From an actinobacterium acAMD-2 (GTDB lineage Bacteria > Actinomycetota > Actinomycetes > UBA12327): a stretch of DNA of 64,000 bases. The stretch covers positions 20,012-84,011 of the forward strand of contig JNSE01000033.1 in assembly GCA_000754455.1 (NCBI GenBank). The letters are read 5' to 3'. Below the pieces are notes generated by a model. That model was not told where the DNA came from. It searched no databases and was given only the letters and a program-made list of their open reading frames with translations. The stretch's first letter is position 1. Each line of letters opens with the position of its first letter. A program made the position numbers and the translations under genes. Below are positions 1 through 11,593 of the stretch, one piece after another.

Positions 1-99
1 GAAGTCATGCAGTCAGGACAAATGGAACGTTCACACCGGCTGCAACGTATGTAGGTTTCCCGGCCGAGATGCTGGTAGCAGGTAGGGCCGGCGGGCGAA

Positions 100-621
100 C
101 TAGTCACGGCTTTCGATCAGCACAGACTCAATCACCACGTCGCTGAGTGGCTTATCGCCTGGTGCCGTTGGAGTCGAGCCGATGGCGTCCACCACATCGC
201 GGCTGGCTTGGTCTTCGACCTCACCGAAAATGGTGTGCTTGAAGTTCAAGTGCGGGGTCTTGCCTACCGTGATGAAAAACTGCGAACCATTCGTCGCGGG
301 ACCAGCATTGGCCATCGCGAGGATATAGGGCTTATCGAACTGCAGCTCTGGGTGAAACTCATCCTCAAAGGTGAAACCCGGTCCGCCGAAGCCCTTACCC
401 AGGGGGTCTCCACCTTGGATCATGAAGCCACCGATGACGCGGTGGAAAATCGTGCCGTCGTAGTACGGACCGCTACCTGGCTTGTTGGTACGCGGATCGA
501 TGTAGTCCTTGGTGCCCTGCGCCAACTCGACAAAGTTGCGAACCGTTTTCGGAGCGTGATCGGCAAACAAGCGGATCACAATGTCGCCCTTATTGGTTTT
601 CAACGTGGCGAACTGAGCCAT
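100..621 (-). CDS. ppiA: peptidyl-prolyl cis-trans isomerase, cyclophilin type
   Basis: ORF 100..657 has cyclophilin motifs (FHRVIGGFMIQGGDP, GSQFFIT). Start moved to the ATG at 621 (MAQFATLKTNKG) because AGGAG lies just upstream. Position near tRNA-Ala matches actinobacterial origin synteny. Confidence 0.9.
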   Translation of the reverse strand: MAQFATLKTNKGDIVIRLFADHAPKTVRNFVELAQGTKDYIDPRTNKPGSGPYYDGTIFHRVIGGFMIQGGDPLGKGFGGPGFTFEDEFHPELQFDKPYILAMANAGPATNGSQFFITVGKTPHLNFKHTIFGEVEDQASRDVVDAIGSTPTAPGDKPLSDVVIESVLIESRD

Positions 622-683
622 GGGAACTCCTGAGTGTGAAGTAGATTGGGGCACCATCCTATGCCGTTTGCTTGGAGCCGCTC

Positions 684-1175
684 ATGACTTCCATCCCCAC
701 CATTGAACGCCCAGGATTTGCGCAGGGATACCAAACCGAGGGTCTGCCCGACTTCGATCCCACCCCATGGCCCGAAGCGCTCGCTCGTATGAATCAGACG
801 TTGAACTGTTGGGTGGCAACTACTCGCGCCGATGGCCGGCCGCACTCAACCCCGGTGTGGGGCTTGATGATGAATGACACTTTTATCTTTAGCACCTCGC
901 CTGAATCCGTCAAAGCACGCAACCTCCAGCGTGATGGTCGCTGTTTGGTCCAAATGCAGGTGGAGGAGGACGTCTTCCTGCTTGAAGGGGTGGCTACTCC
1001 GGCCGATCCGGCGCTCGTGGCAAGCCCAGCGTTCCTTGACCTGTATGAAGCCAAGTACCAGTACCGGCCGGCTCCTGAGGACATGGTGGGCTCTGGCTGG
1101 GTGGTCACCCCGATCACCATTTTGGCTTGGAATGAAAAGTCCATGCTGGAATCCCAGACCCGCTATCGGTTCTGA
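684..1175 (+). CDS. pyridoxamine 5'-phosphate oxidase family (FMN/F420-binding split-barrel) protein
   Basis: ORF 672..1175. TTRADGRPHSTPVWG...FIFSTSPESVKARNLQRDGRC resembles the PPOX class from memory. ATG at 684 preferred because GGAG lies 6 nt upstream. Confidence 0.6.
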   Translation: MTSIPTIERPGFAQGYQTEGLPDFDPTPWPEALARMNQTLNCWVATTRADGRPHSTPVWGLMMNDTFIFSTSPESVKARNLQRDGRCLVQMQVEEDVFLLEGVATPADPALVASPAFLDLYEAKYQYRPAPEDMVGSGWVVTPITILAWNEKSMLESQTRYRF

Positions 1176-1235
1176 TACCGCGCGCGAGGGCTCAAGAGTC
1201 AACGCGTAATCTGTACCCGCCCCGAAATCAGGTCA

Positions 1236-1308
1236 GGGGACGTAGCTCAATTGGCAGAGCACCGCCTTTGCAAGGCGGGGGTTAGGGGTTCGATTCCCCT
1301 CGTCTCCA
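1236..1308 (+). tRNA. tRNA-Ala (anticodon TGC)
   Basis: GGGGACGTAGCTCAATTGGCAGAGCACCGCCTTTGCAAGGCGG...TTCGATTCCCCTCGTCTCCA folds as a cloverleaf. It has the G3:U70 Ala identity pair and anticodon loop TTTGCAA. Confidence 0.9.
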
Positions 1309-1318
1309 CAAGCACATT

Positions 1319-1341
1319 GGCCCCGCACATAGTGTGGGGCC
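1319..1341 (+). terminator. hairpin after tRNA-Ala
   Basis: GGCCCCGCAC-ATA-GTGTGGGGCC forms a 10-bp stem with one G:U pair, followed by ATTTGCTT. Confidence 0.4.
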
Positions 1342-1454
1342 ATTTGCTTGGCGGGGATAAAGCGTGGGGAATCGGGAGGAGCTCACCCCGGGGGTGCGCG
1401 GGCCTTAAGTCCATTTCGTTCACTGGAGGCTGGGCGGGTAGCCACCTTCGTGTC

Positions 1455-2774
1455 ATGCTCACATCAATGACCGGTCCGGTTTCTTCCGATGCACCCCCCA
1501 CCTTGGACCGCTCACTAGGACTGTGGAAGGTCACAGCCAGTGGCGTGGGCATCATCGTGGGGGCAGGCATCTATGTCCTCGTAGGCGAAGCCACCTCCAT
1601 CGCTGGACCACGAGTGTGGATGTCTTTTGTTTTGGCGGCCATCCTGAGTGCCCTCAGCGCATTGAGTTACGCCGAGCTCGCCTCGATGTATCCCAAAGCA
1701 GGAGCTGAATTCGAGTACTCCTCGCATGTTTTCCCCTCGTGGCTTGCCTTTCTGGTCGGGTGGTTGATGTTCGTTGGCCTCATCGTTGCGACAGCCGCAG
1801 TGTCCTTAGGTTTTGGTCGCTACCTCGGCACATTCCTCGATGTCTCTGCACAAACTGGCGCGCTCATCCTGCTGGTCATCATTGGTTGCATCGCATGGTC
1901 CGGCATTCGGCGCTCGGCTACCTTCACCTTGATCCTCAGCATCATTCAAGTCGGCGGGTTGCTCTTCATCATCGCGATTGGCATGCCTTCCGTTGGTTCG
2001 GTGGATGTCACCTCCAGTACCGGCGCCACCGGCAGCCTGCTTGGTGCAGCAGCATTGGTTTTCTTTGCATTCATCGGCTTCGACGAGGTCATCACGCTGG
2101 CCGAGGAAACACGCGATCCCACGCGTACCGTTCCGCGAGCCCTGTTGTTGGCCTTAGCCATTTCTACCTTGCTGTACATCGGTGTGGCCATCACTGCGGT
2201 CAGCGTTGTAGGGGCGGCCACGCTCGGTTCATCCGAACGTCCTTTGGCGGCCGTGGTCGATGCCGTGCTCGGTGGACGAGGGGCCGAGTTCGTGGCGATC
2301 ATCGCGTTAGTAGCCACAACAAATACCGCTTTGCTGTGCTTAACGGCGTCCTCACGGCTTCAATACGGCATGTCTCAAGCCGGCGCACTCCCGGCACGGT
2401 TGAGTGCTCTTGGTCCCCGAAGCCGCGCACCGCGAGTGGCCATCGCCCTGGCACTCCTGGGCGCGACCGCATTCGTTCTGGTCGGCGATCTCAGTGTCAT
2501 CGCCAGCGTCACAAATCTCGCGATCTATCTGGTCTTCATTGCGGTCAACTGCGCCGTCATCATTCTGCGCTTTACCCAACCCACCCTTGAGCGCCCGTTT
2601 CGCACACCGCTGCAGCTTCGGCGCGTACCAGTCCTACCCGTACTGGGACTGCTTTCAGTACTGGTAATGGTTCCTTCGCTTCGTTGGGAAGCGCTTGCGC
2701 TCGGTACAGCCCTATGTTTCGCCGGCCTTGCCGTGTACGCAGTGATGCAGCGAGCTAGCTCACCGACACCTTGA
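1455..2774 (+). CDS. APC-family amino acid permease
   Basis: ORF 1251..2774 is polytopic and hydrophobic, with GVGIIVGAGIYVLVGE and YAELASMYPKAGAEFEY typical of the APC/AA_permease family. The first 68 codons overlap tRNA-Ala, so the start is moved to the ATG at 1455 (MLTSMTG). Confidence 0.8.
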   Translation: MLTSMTGPVSSDAPPTLDRSLGLWKVTASGVGIIVGAGIYVLVGEATSIAGPRVWMSFVLAAILSALSALSYAELASMYPKAGAEFEYSSHVFPSWLAFLVGWLMFVGLIVATAAVSLGFGRYLGTFLDVSAQTGALILLVIIGCIAWSGIRRSATFTLILSIIQVGGLLFIIAIGMPSVGSVDVTSSTGATGSLLGAAALVFFAFIGFDEVITLAEETRDPTRTVPRALLLALAISTLLYIGVAITAVSVVGAATLGSSERPLAAVVDAVLGGRGAEFVAIIALVATTNTALLCLTASSRLQYGMSQAGALPARLSALGPRSRAPRVAIALALLGATAFVLVGDLSVIASVTNLAIYLVFIAVNCAVIILRFTQPTLERPFRTPLQLRRVPVLPVLGLLSVLVMVPSLRWEALALGTALCFAGLAVYAVMQRASSPTP

Positions 2775-3663
2775 CGTAGTCAGCAGCGGAACCTTCGCTG
2801 AGCGAAGCAACCGCTTGCGGATCCTTGTCACTGGCCTTGAACCACACCGCGGTCCAATGGGCTGCAGCTTCAACTGAGCGGCTCTGGTCCAGTGTCATCG
2901 AATTGCGGTCTGGATTAGCCCCTACGGGGTTGTCGCAATCAGTTAAGAAGAAGTGGTTGCCACCCTGGATTTCAATGAAGGCATTGGGTCCTTGGCCCGC
3001 AACCACAGCAAACGTGCGTTCGGCTTGATCCAGTGTCACCACGTCGTCCACTGATCCCTGCATGAAGGCAATGGGCACGATGTTGTTCACCGGCAGGGGG
3101 TCTCCCGTGCGGGGTGGCGGAATGTTGTGCGTTCCGTTAACCACCACGGCTACCAGTTCCTTGGGCACCGACCATTCATCAACCACCAAGCCCGGCTGGC
3201 CAAAGTTACAGGCAATACCCAACGCAGTACCACCACCCATGGAGTGACCAGTCAAGAACACGCGAGTCATATCGAGTCGACCAGCCAGCGGTGAATCGCT
3301 ATTCGCATTCTCTGCCGCAGCGAAATCAACCGACCAGTTAATGAAGGCTTGCTGTGGGTAATGCGCGAAGTCACCAAACAGCTCACGCTTGTGCTCTGGC
3401 GCCACAATGACAAACCCCTGCGAGGCCAAGATGGTGGCATAACGGGTGTACATGCTTGGTTCCGTGTGCGATCCGTGAATAAACGCCACGATGGGCAGGT
3501 TTGCACCCTCAACAGGTGCCCACACATAGACAGCATCACCGTTTGGCAGGGCACTTTTGTACGCAACGACATCATCAGATGTACTCAACGACTTAATCCC
3601 CAAGCACTGACCGCCATTTTCGGCACAGGTTGGGCTAGCAGAAGCAACACAGGGTGAAGTCAT
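2755..3663 (-). CDS. alpha/beta hydrolase (lipase/cutinase/dienelactone-hydrolase-like)
   Basis: 302 aa with nucleophile elbow LTGHSMGGG and plausible Asp (GSVDDVV) and His (GGNHFF) triad members. It starts 35 nt downstream of the peroxidase gene on the same strand. Confidence 0.7.
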   Translation of the reverse strand: MTSPCVASASPTCAENGGQCLGIKSLSTSDDVVAYKSALPNGDAVYVWAPVEGANLPIVAFIHGSHTEPSMYTRYATILASQGFVIVAPEHKRELFGDFAHYPQQAFINWSVDFAAAENANSDSPLAGRLDMTRVFLTGHSMGGGTALGIACNFGQPGLVVDEWSVPKELVAVVVNGTHNIPPPRTGDPLPVNNIVPIAFMQGSVDDVVTLDQAERTFAVVAGQGPNAFIEIQGGNHFFLTDCDNPVGANPDRNSMTLDQSRSVEAAAHWTAVWFKASDKDPQAVASLSEGSAADYVKVSVS

Positions 3664-3698
3664 GATTAGTGAATTCCCATCAGGTGAGTTGGGGCGAT

Positions 3699-5540
3699 TT
3701 AGGACCAGATCGTGAGCGGACGGAAAGCTTCGTCCGGCATGGTTCCTTCGAGGTCGTAGTGACGCAACATCAGATCACGCATGGTGAGCGACTTGATCTG
3801 CGCTAGTTCCTCGGAATCAAACTGATCGTTCTCGTACCAGAATCGATCGGCGGCACGAGTACGACGCAATTCCTCGGACAGGATGTTTTGCATGGTTCGG
3901 CCGACCGCTGACCCCTCAACATGGGGTTCGGCGAGCAAACCAACCATGGGATCAATCGAATCCGCTCGGCGATATACCTCGCGCACCGCTTCAGCGCGAG
4001 CGAGTTCATCGTGCGTTGGATTGGCTGGATCAACAGCGGTAAAGCGCAAGAATGTCTCAATGGGTGTGCGGCGCTCGAGCTTCTTGCCCGCATCAATGAG
4101 TGCGCGCTTTTCCTTTTCACTGATGGTGTCTGCCTGTGCTTCGGAGTCCCACGGGCCTTCGTCGCCAAATTCTCCGTAGGCCATGCGCACGACGTGATAC
4201 GGCGGCAATCCGTTATCGCGGCCACGCGCCAGGTCTAGCGTGAACAAGTCGGTGCCACCACTGACAAAAGCAATGTCATGGATCGCGGTGTGATAAACCA
4301 AGCCCACATCATGGGCTTGCGTGGCCAACATCCCGCGCACCACGTGCTCGGGTGTGCCGCCCGCCAAGGCAATGTGCCCCAATGGCGAAATCGCATTGTT
4401 GACTTGACCAACATTGGGCAACGTTCCATCTTCGGGCATCGCTGGGTGACCGCTGTGCAAGGACAAAGCACCGGATGCATCTCGCGGTGCATAGGGATGC
4501 AATGCCGAGTGCCCAAAGCGCAAGGCCAGCGTGGCAAACGGAACGCTTGTCATGGCATTCGCCGTCTCGTCATAGCCTGAATAAGGGCCCAGCCGCTTAA
4601 CCATGTCGGGGCCAAAGACTGCGGGCAACCACTCATCAAAGAGCAGGTGCTGCCACACCGCGATCGTGCGTCGGCGGGCCTCTTGGAACAAGGTTTCGTC
4701 ATCCCAGTCGGGGTTAGCTTGCTCAAGTTGTGCCGCACGCCAGTTGTGCTCGCGGAAAAACAGAATCTGCATGAGCGTTAAACCGATGTTTTCCGAAGCT
4801 CGAGGATCTCCAGCGGTGACAACTTCGGTGGCGGGCAAGCGCGAGAACGAACTGTCCACCTTCAGGCCTGTTGTGGCCCGACTTGCCGGCAAGTTCTCGA
4901 CATCAAATTCCTTCTTGACCGGGCCAAACTCGGTGCGATACATGGCTTCGCCCACGTAATGCTCAGCCTTGAGGCGACCACCAGCAAATTCACGAAGGGC
5001 TTCATGTGTTTCCGCTTCTGGGCCATAGACCTGTGTCAGATCCAAATAACCACTGGCCAATGTTCCTGGGTGGAACACGCCATCGACGAAATCACCGGTA
5101 CTTGGCTTGAAGGGCAAGCCGCATGGCGTGCCATCGAGCAGTCGGTTTTGTCCGCGGAAGGTGGCGATCGGGTCTTCGGGGTCTAACACCCACACGAATT
5201 GATAGGGCGAGTCAGGAGTAACAAAGCTCTTGTTGTTGTCGATCCAGTGGCCATAAAAATAGTTGTCTTCTTTGTCGTGATTGAGGAACTGGCCAAAAAG
5301 CACCGCGATCATGTTGATGTTGGGGCGTTCCCGCTCGGTGAGGACATCCTGTAGTCCATACAAGCGACGACTAATCGTGCGCTCATTCCCGCGATCGTGG
5401 GGGCGGCGGATGCCGTCAGCGTACGAAAAACCCTCAGGCCCACGGCTCATCACGCCTGGAGCGCTGCCTAAGGCTGGTTGAGCGAGGTTATTCCCGGTGC
5501 CATCCAAGGAACGATATTCAGTAGCGGTCTTGGATGGCAC
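3699..5540 (-). CDS. animal-type haem peroxidase (peroxidase-cyclooxygenase superfamily) protein
   Basis: 613 aa with YRSLDGTGNNL at the N-terminus, distal-site FGQFLNHD and proximal-site RFGHSALHP. GTG start at 5540 with AAGGAG 7 nt upstream. Confidence 0.8.
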   Translation of the reverse strand: MPSKTATEYRSLDGTGNNLAQPALGSAPGVMSRGPEGFSYADGIRRPHDRGNERTISRRLYGLQDVLTERERPNINMIAVLFGQFLNHDKEDNYFYGHWIDNNKSFVTPDSPYQFVWVLDPEDPIATFRGQNRLLDGTPCGLPFKPSTGDFVDGVFHPGTLASGYLDLTQVYGPEAETHEALREFAGGRLKAEHYVGEAMYRTEFGPVKKEFDVENLPASRATTGLKVDSSFSRLPATEVVTAGDPRASENIGLTLMQILFFREHNWRAAQLEQANPDWDDETLFQEARRRTIAVWQHLLFDEWLPAVFGPDMVKRLGPYSGYDETANAMTSVPFATLALRFGHSALHPYAPRDASGALSLHSGHPAMPEDGTLPNVGQVNNAISPLGHIALAGGTPEHVVRGMLATQAHDVGLVYHTAIHDIAFVSGGTDLFTLDLARGRDNGLPPYHVVRMAYGEFGDEGPWDSEAQADTISEKEKRALIDAGKKLERRTPIETFLRFTAVDPANPTHDELARAEAVREVYRRADSIDPMVGLLAEPHVEGSAVGRTMQNILSEELRRTRAADRFWYENDQFDSEELAQIKSLTMRDLMLRHYDLEGTMPDEAFRPLTIWS

Positions 5541-5552
5541 AAAAAACTCCTT

Positions 5553-5699
5553 TTAACGAAGGTCTGGTGATCCCGTGGGTTCATCAGCAAACGACGTGGC
5601 ATCTGTCCACAACGTGTCATAGGCGCGCGAGCGACTAAATTGTTGATAAATCCATGCGAATAATGCGAAAAGACTAATCAGTGCGAGAAACTTCCGCAA
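5553..5699 (-). CDS. small hypothetical membrane protein (48 aa, not in the ORF track)
   Basis: Hand translation gives MRKFLALISLFALFAWIYQQFSRSRAYDTLWTDATSFADEPTGSPDLR. TTG start with GAAGGAGG 6 nt upstream. Its TAA stop abuts the RBS of the peroxidase gene. The segment is AT-rich. Confidence 0.35.
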   Translation of the reverse strand: MRKFLALISLFALFAWIYQQFSRSRAYDTLWTDATSFADEPTGSPDLR

Positions 5700-5732
5700 G
5701 ATATGCCTCCTTCACTTCAACTGATCAAACAC

Positions 5733-5809
5733 TGGTGGGCCTAGGAGGACTTGAACCTCCGACCTCTTCCTTATCAGGGAAGCGCTCTAACCGTCTGAGC
5801 TATAGGCCC
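5733..5809 (-). tRNA. tRNA-Ile (anticodon GAT), CCA encoded
   Basis: Reverse complement GGGCCTATAGCTCAGACGGTTAGAGCGCTTCCCTGATAAGGAAGAGGTCGGAGGTTCAAGTCCTCCTAGGCCCACCA. Anticodon loop is CTGATAA. Confidence 0.9.
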
Positions 5810-5856
5810 GAATGCACGCAAAATCTATCCCACGCCCACAACGGTGGCGTCAGGGG

Positions 5857-6246
5857 CTAGTCCTGGACTAAATCCATTTGTAAACCACCAACGAAATATG
5901 CCGCCAGGTTGTAAAAAGTTGCCAGCAACGCACTCAGTGCTGTCGCCAAGACGACTTGAACAACGGCCACTGCGCCTGCAAGGGTCATGACCTGTCCAAA
6001 ACCAAAGAGTGATTGTGGATCAACACCGCCGCCAAACACTTCGGTCGAGGTCCGGCCTACTGAATCAAAGACCCCGGCTTGGTTAAACAGCAACCACAAC
6101 AAGGCGATGGCTATCACGATCGCTAGGGCGATACCCACCGAGAAAATGAACGCCACCTTGGCCACAGACCAGGGATCGATGCGCTTCAACCGCAATTGAG
6201 CTCGACGAGCACCCGTCGAACCGTCAGCTCCGGTTGCCGAACTCAC
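5857..6246 (-). CDS. DUF3566-like membrane protein (Rv0007-type)
   Basis: 129 aa with [20 protein letters not shown] and two TM segments. It sits immediately downstream of gyrA with a 4-nt overlap, as in other actinobacteria. Confidence 0.7.
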   Translation of the reverse strand: MSSATGADGSTGARRAQLRLKRIDPWSVAKVAFIFSVGIALAIVIAIALLWLLFNQAGVFDSVGRTSTEVFGGGVDPQSLFGFGQVMTLAGAVAVVQVVLATALSALLATFYNLAAYFVGGLQMDLVQD

Positions 6247-8786
6247 GAAGTCGTACCCGCATCTGATGCTTCGGTGGTTTCATCTGCCGACACCGTGGCT
6301 TCATCACCCTCTAGCTCGTCATCAACATCATCGGATTCGGCATTACGAGCGATGCCAAGCACCACATCACCTTCTACCAAGTTCATGTAACGAACGCCCA
6401 TGGTGTCGCGACTCGTCGGATTGACCTCATCCACACGTGAGCGGATAACGCCACCATTGGATGTAACGGCAAGAACTTCATCCGTGGCATCCACCACCAA
6501 TGCACCGGCCAACGCGCCTCGAGCATCCACCAGCTTCATGGCCTTAATGCCCAGGCCCGAACGGTTTTGCACCCGGTACTGCTCGACCGGAGTGCGCTTG
6601 GCAAAGCCACCATCAGTGACGGTAAAGACGAACGCTCCTTCGGTCACCACTGACATCGACAGCAGCGCGTCACCAGCACGGAACTTCATTCCGGTCACAC
6701 CCGCGGTAGCCCGGCCCATCGGACGCAGTTGCGCGTCGTCGGCGGTAAAGCGAACAGACATTCCCTTGCGAGAAACCAAGAGCAGGTCGTCACTCGGCGA
6801 GACCAATTCGGCCCCAATGACTTCATCATCTTCTTGCAGGTTGATGGCAATCAAGCCCCGCGAACGATTGGAGTCGTACTCCTCCAACTTGGTCTTCTTG
6901 ACCTTGCCGTTCTTCGTCGCCAGCACCAGATACGGCGCCTGGCCATAGTCGCGCAAGGTCAATACCTGAGCAATGGATTCATCGGGTTGGAACTCCAGCA
7001 GGTTCGCCACGTGTTGACCACGCGCATCGCGACCAGCTTCTGGCAATTCATAGGACTTCGCGCGATAAACGCGACCACGGTTGGTAAAGAACAGCAACCA
7101 ATGATGTGTCGTCGTGGTGAAGAAGTGCTCGACGATGTCGTCTTGCTTCAACGCCGCACCGCGCACGCCCTTGCCGCCACGCTTTTGCGAGCGATAGAGG
7201 TCAACCTTGGTGCGCTTGGCGTACCCGCCACGCGTAATGGTGACGACCACATCCTCTTCGGCGATAAGGTCTTCGGCGCGCATCTCGCCTTCAGCAGCAA
7301 CAAAGCCGGTCCGGCGCTCATCGCCGTACTTGTCAACGACCTCGGCCAACTCTTCGCTGACGATGTCGCGCTGACGCTGCGGGCTTGCCAAGATCGCGTT
7401 CAACTCAGCGATCTCGCGCTCAATTTCGGCTGCTTCATCGATGATCTTTTGACGCTCAAGGGCTGCCAATCGGCGCAACTGCATGTCCAGAATGGCGGTG
7501 GCCTGAATGTCATCAATGTCGAGCAGTTCAATCAGGCCGTTGCGTGCAATTTCGACGCTCTCACTGCGACGAATTAACGCAATAACGGCATCAAGTGCAT
7601 CTAGTGCCTTGAGGTAGGCCCGCAAAATATGAGCGCGCTCTTCCTTCTTGCGCAACCGGTACTTGGTGCGACGAACAATGACTTCAATTTGGTGAACGAT
7701 GTAGTGCGTGACAAATTCGTCCAAGCGCAACGTACGCGGAACGCCATCAACCAATGCCAACATGTTGGCACCAAAGGTGTCCTGCAGTTGAGTGTGCTTG
7801 TACAAGTTGTTCAAGACCACTTTGGCCACAGCATCACGCTTGAGCACGATCACCAAACGTTGGCCCAGGCGTTCGTTACCTTCGTCTCGCACATCGGCGA
7901 TTCCGGCAACGCGTCCTTCTTTGACCAAGTCTGCAATCTTCAGGGCAAGGTTGTCCGGGTTGACCTGATAGGGGAGTTCACTGACCACCAAGCACGTGCG
8001 GTTGTTGATTTCCTCCACTTCGACAACAGCGCGCATCGTGATCGAGCCACGTCCAGTGCGGTAAGCATCTTCAATGCCAGCGCGGCCAACAATGAGCCCA
8101 CGCGTGGGAAAGTCTGGTCCCTTGACTCGCTCAAGCATGGCTTCCAAGAGCTCATCACTTGAAGCGTCGGGGTTCTGCAATGCCCACTGAACGCCACTGG
8201 CGACTTCCGTCAGGTTGTGCGGCGGAATGTTGGTCGCCATTCCCACAGCGATACCCGAGCTGCCATTGACGAGCAAGTTCGGAAAGCGGCTGGGAAGTAC
8301 GTCGGGTTCTTGTGCTCGGCCGTCGTAGTTCGGCGAGAAATCAACGGTGTCTTCGTCAATGTCGCGCATGGCCTCCATGGCCAGCGGAGCAAGTCGACAT
8401 TCGGTGTAACGCATTGCCGCGGCGGGGTCGTTACCGGGCGAACCAAAGTTGCCGTTGCCGTCAACTAACGGATAGCGCAACGACCACGACTGAGCCAAAC
8501 GAACGAGTGCGTCATAGATAGCGCTGTCACCGTGCGGGTGGTACTGACCCATGACGTCACCCACGACACGCGAACACTTGGAGTATCCGCGATCCGGTCG
8601 ATAGCCGCCATCAAACATCGCGTAGAGCACGCGGCGGTGCACCGGCTTGAGGCCGTCGCGAACGTCGGGCAAAGCACGACCGACGATCACACTCATCGCG
8701 TAGTCCAAGTAGGACCGCTGCATCTCTACTTCGAGATCAACCGGTTCTACGCGCGAAATCGGCGAATCAGTGGGGGTCTGCGTCAC
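6243..8786 (-). CDS. gyrA: DNA gyrase subunit A
   Basis: 847 aa with [14 protein letters not shown], active-site AAAMRYTE and C-terminal beta-pinwheel repeats. Confidence 0.97.
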   Translation of the reverse strand: MTQTPTDSPISRVEPVDLEVEMQRSYLDYAMSVIVGRALPDVRDGLKPVHRRVLYAMFDGGYRPDRGYSKCSRVVGDVMGQYHPHGDSAIYDALVRLAQSWSLRYPLVDGNGNFGSPGNDPAAAMRYTECRLAPLAMEAMRDIDEDTVDFSPNYDGRAQEPDVLPSRFPNLLVNGSSGIAVGMATNIPPHNLTEVASGVQWALQNPDASSDELLEAMLERVKGPDFPTRGLIVGRAGIEDAYRTGRGSITMRAVVEVEEINNRTCLVVSELPYQVNPDNLALKIADLVKEGRVAGIADVRDEGNERLGQRLVIVLKRDAVAKVVLNNLYKHTQLQDTFGANMLALVDGVPRTLRLDEFVTHYIVHQIEVIVRRTKYRLRKKEERAHILRAYLKALDALDAVIALIRRSESVEIARNGLIELLDIDDIQATAILDMQLRRLAALERQKIIDEAAEIEREIAELNAILASPQRQRDIVSEELAEVVDKYGDERRTGFVAAEGEMRAEDLIAEEDVVVTITRGGYAKRTKVDLYRSQKRGGKGVRGAALKQDDIVEHFFTTTTHHWLLFFTNRGRVYRAKSYELPEAGRDARGQHVANLLEFQPDESIAQVLTLRDYGQAPYLVLATKNGKVKKTKLEEYDSNRSRGLIAINLQEDDEVIGAELVSPSDDLLLVSRKGMSVRFTADDAQLRPMGRATAGVTGMKFRAGDALLSMSVVTEGAFVFTVTDGGFAKRTPVEQYRVQNRSGLGIKAMKLVDARGALAGALVVDATDEVLAVTSNGGVIRSRVDEVNPTSRDTMGVRYMNLVEGDVVLGIARNAESDDVDDELEGDEATVSADETTEASDAGTTS

Positions 8787-8828
8787 GTCTGTTTTCCTTT
8801 CGGGAGGTCATCGATGTGTAGGACTGGC

Positions 8829-10916
<2,088 letters not shown>

Positions 10917-11008
10917 CTAGTGGTTCAGACCGACCATTAGTGGTCTGAGGGCCTTGATTGCCGTTTTACGGCGAGATACCCCTGATCTTGTGTCCCCCCA
11001 CGCCAATC

Positions 11009-11017
11009 TGTGGATAA
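11009..11017. promoter_or_regulatory. isolated perfect DnaA box (TGTGGATAA) upstream of gyrB
   Basis: Exact 9-mer read in the 260-bp DUF721-gyrB intergenic region. Confidence 0.4.
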
Positions 11018-11077
11018 CCCTTGTGGGTGGATATGGGCCACATTGGGTCAAGTTCCGGTTCGGGCCTCTGAAACCGT

Positions 11078-11593
11078 TTAGCCGTACGTGTCGCGGGGCC
11101 CTCGGCCCGGAACTGAGCGTTGACCGCGCTTCCAGGACGGCGAGCGCGGACCGAGCACCTTGACCTTGGTCACGACACCGACACCCAATTCCTCATCCAA
11201 CCGACGTAAAACCGTGGCGGTGAGAAGACGCATTTGGGTGGCCCATGCCGTCGAGTCGGCTTGAACGACTAACTCATCTGCGCGAAAAGCTTGCGGCGTG
11301 ACATGCGCGGCAACATCATCACCAACGATGGCTGGCCACTGTGTCACGATCGCGCCGATCGACAACGGTGTCACCCATTGTTGTTCTTGACTGAGTTGTT
11401 GAACGACATCGCCCACGCGTTGTGGATCGCGTTGATCGGGACCTGGACCTGAGCGTTGATCATCGGTTGTTTTTCGACGACGATTCAACCACGTAGAGCG
11501 ACGTTGCACCGGTCGGTTGGTTGCTTGCGCACGAGCTTGTGCGAGTGCATCGCTCGCTGCGTCACTTGATGCGTCACTTGATAGATCTGTCAC
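11078..11593 (-). CDS. DUF721 / DciA-like protein (Rv0004-type)
   Basis: 171 aa between recF and gyrB. The C-terminal part LVVQADSTAWATQMRLL is typical of DUF721. It overlaps recF by 4 nt. Confidence 0.7.
   Translation of the reverse strand: MTDLSSDASSDAASDALAQARAQATNRPVQRRSTWLNRRRKTTDDQRSGPGPDQRDPQRVGDVVQQLSQEQQWVTPLSIGAIVTQWPAIVGDDVAAHVTPQAFRADELVVQADSTAWATQMRLLTATVLRRLDEELGVGVVTKVKVLGPRSPSWKRGQRSVPGRGPRDTYG

Noticed and set aside
1251-1454. The N-terminal 68 codons of the permease ORF as listed in the track.
   Set aside because: This stretch runs through the tRNA-Ala gene and its hairpin. The hydrophobic permease sequence begins only after the ATG at 1455.
6729-7577. A 282-aa plus-strand ORF inside gyrA, and similar long shadow ORFs such as 7629..8162, 8928..9443 and 25743..26360.
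   Set aside because: They are antisense to strongly supported housekeeping genes (gyrA, gyrB, trxB). Such shadow ORFs are typical of GC-rich DNA.
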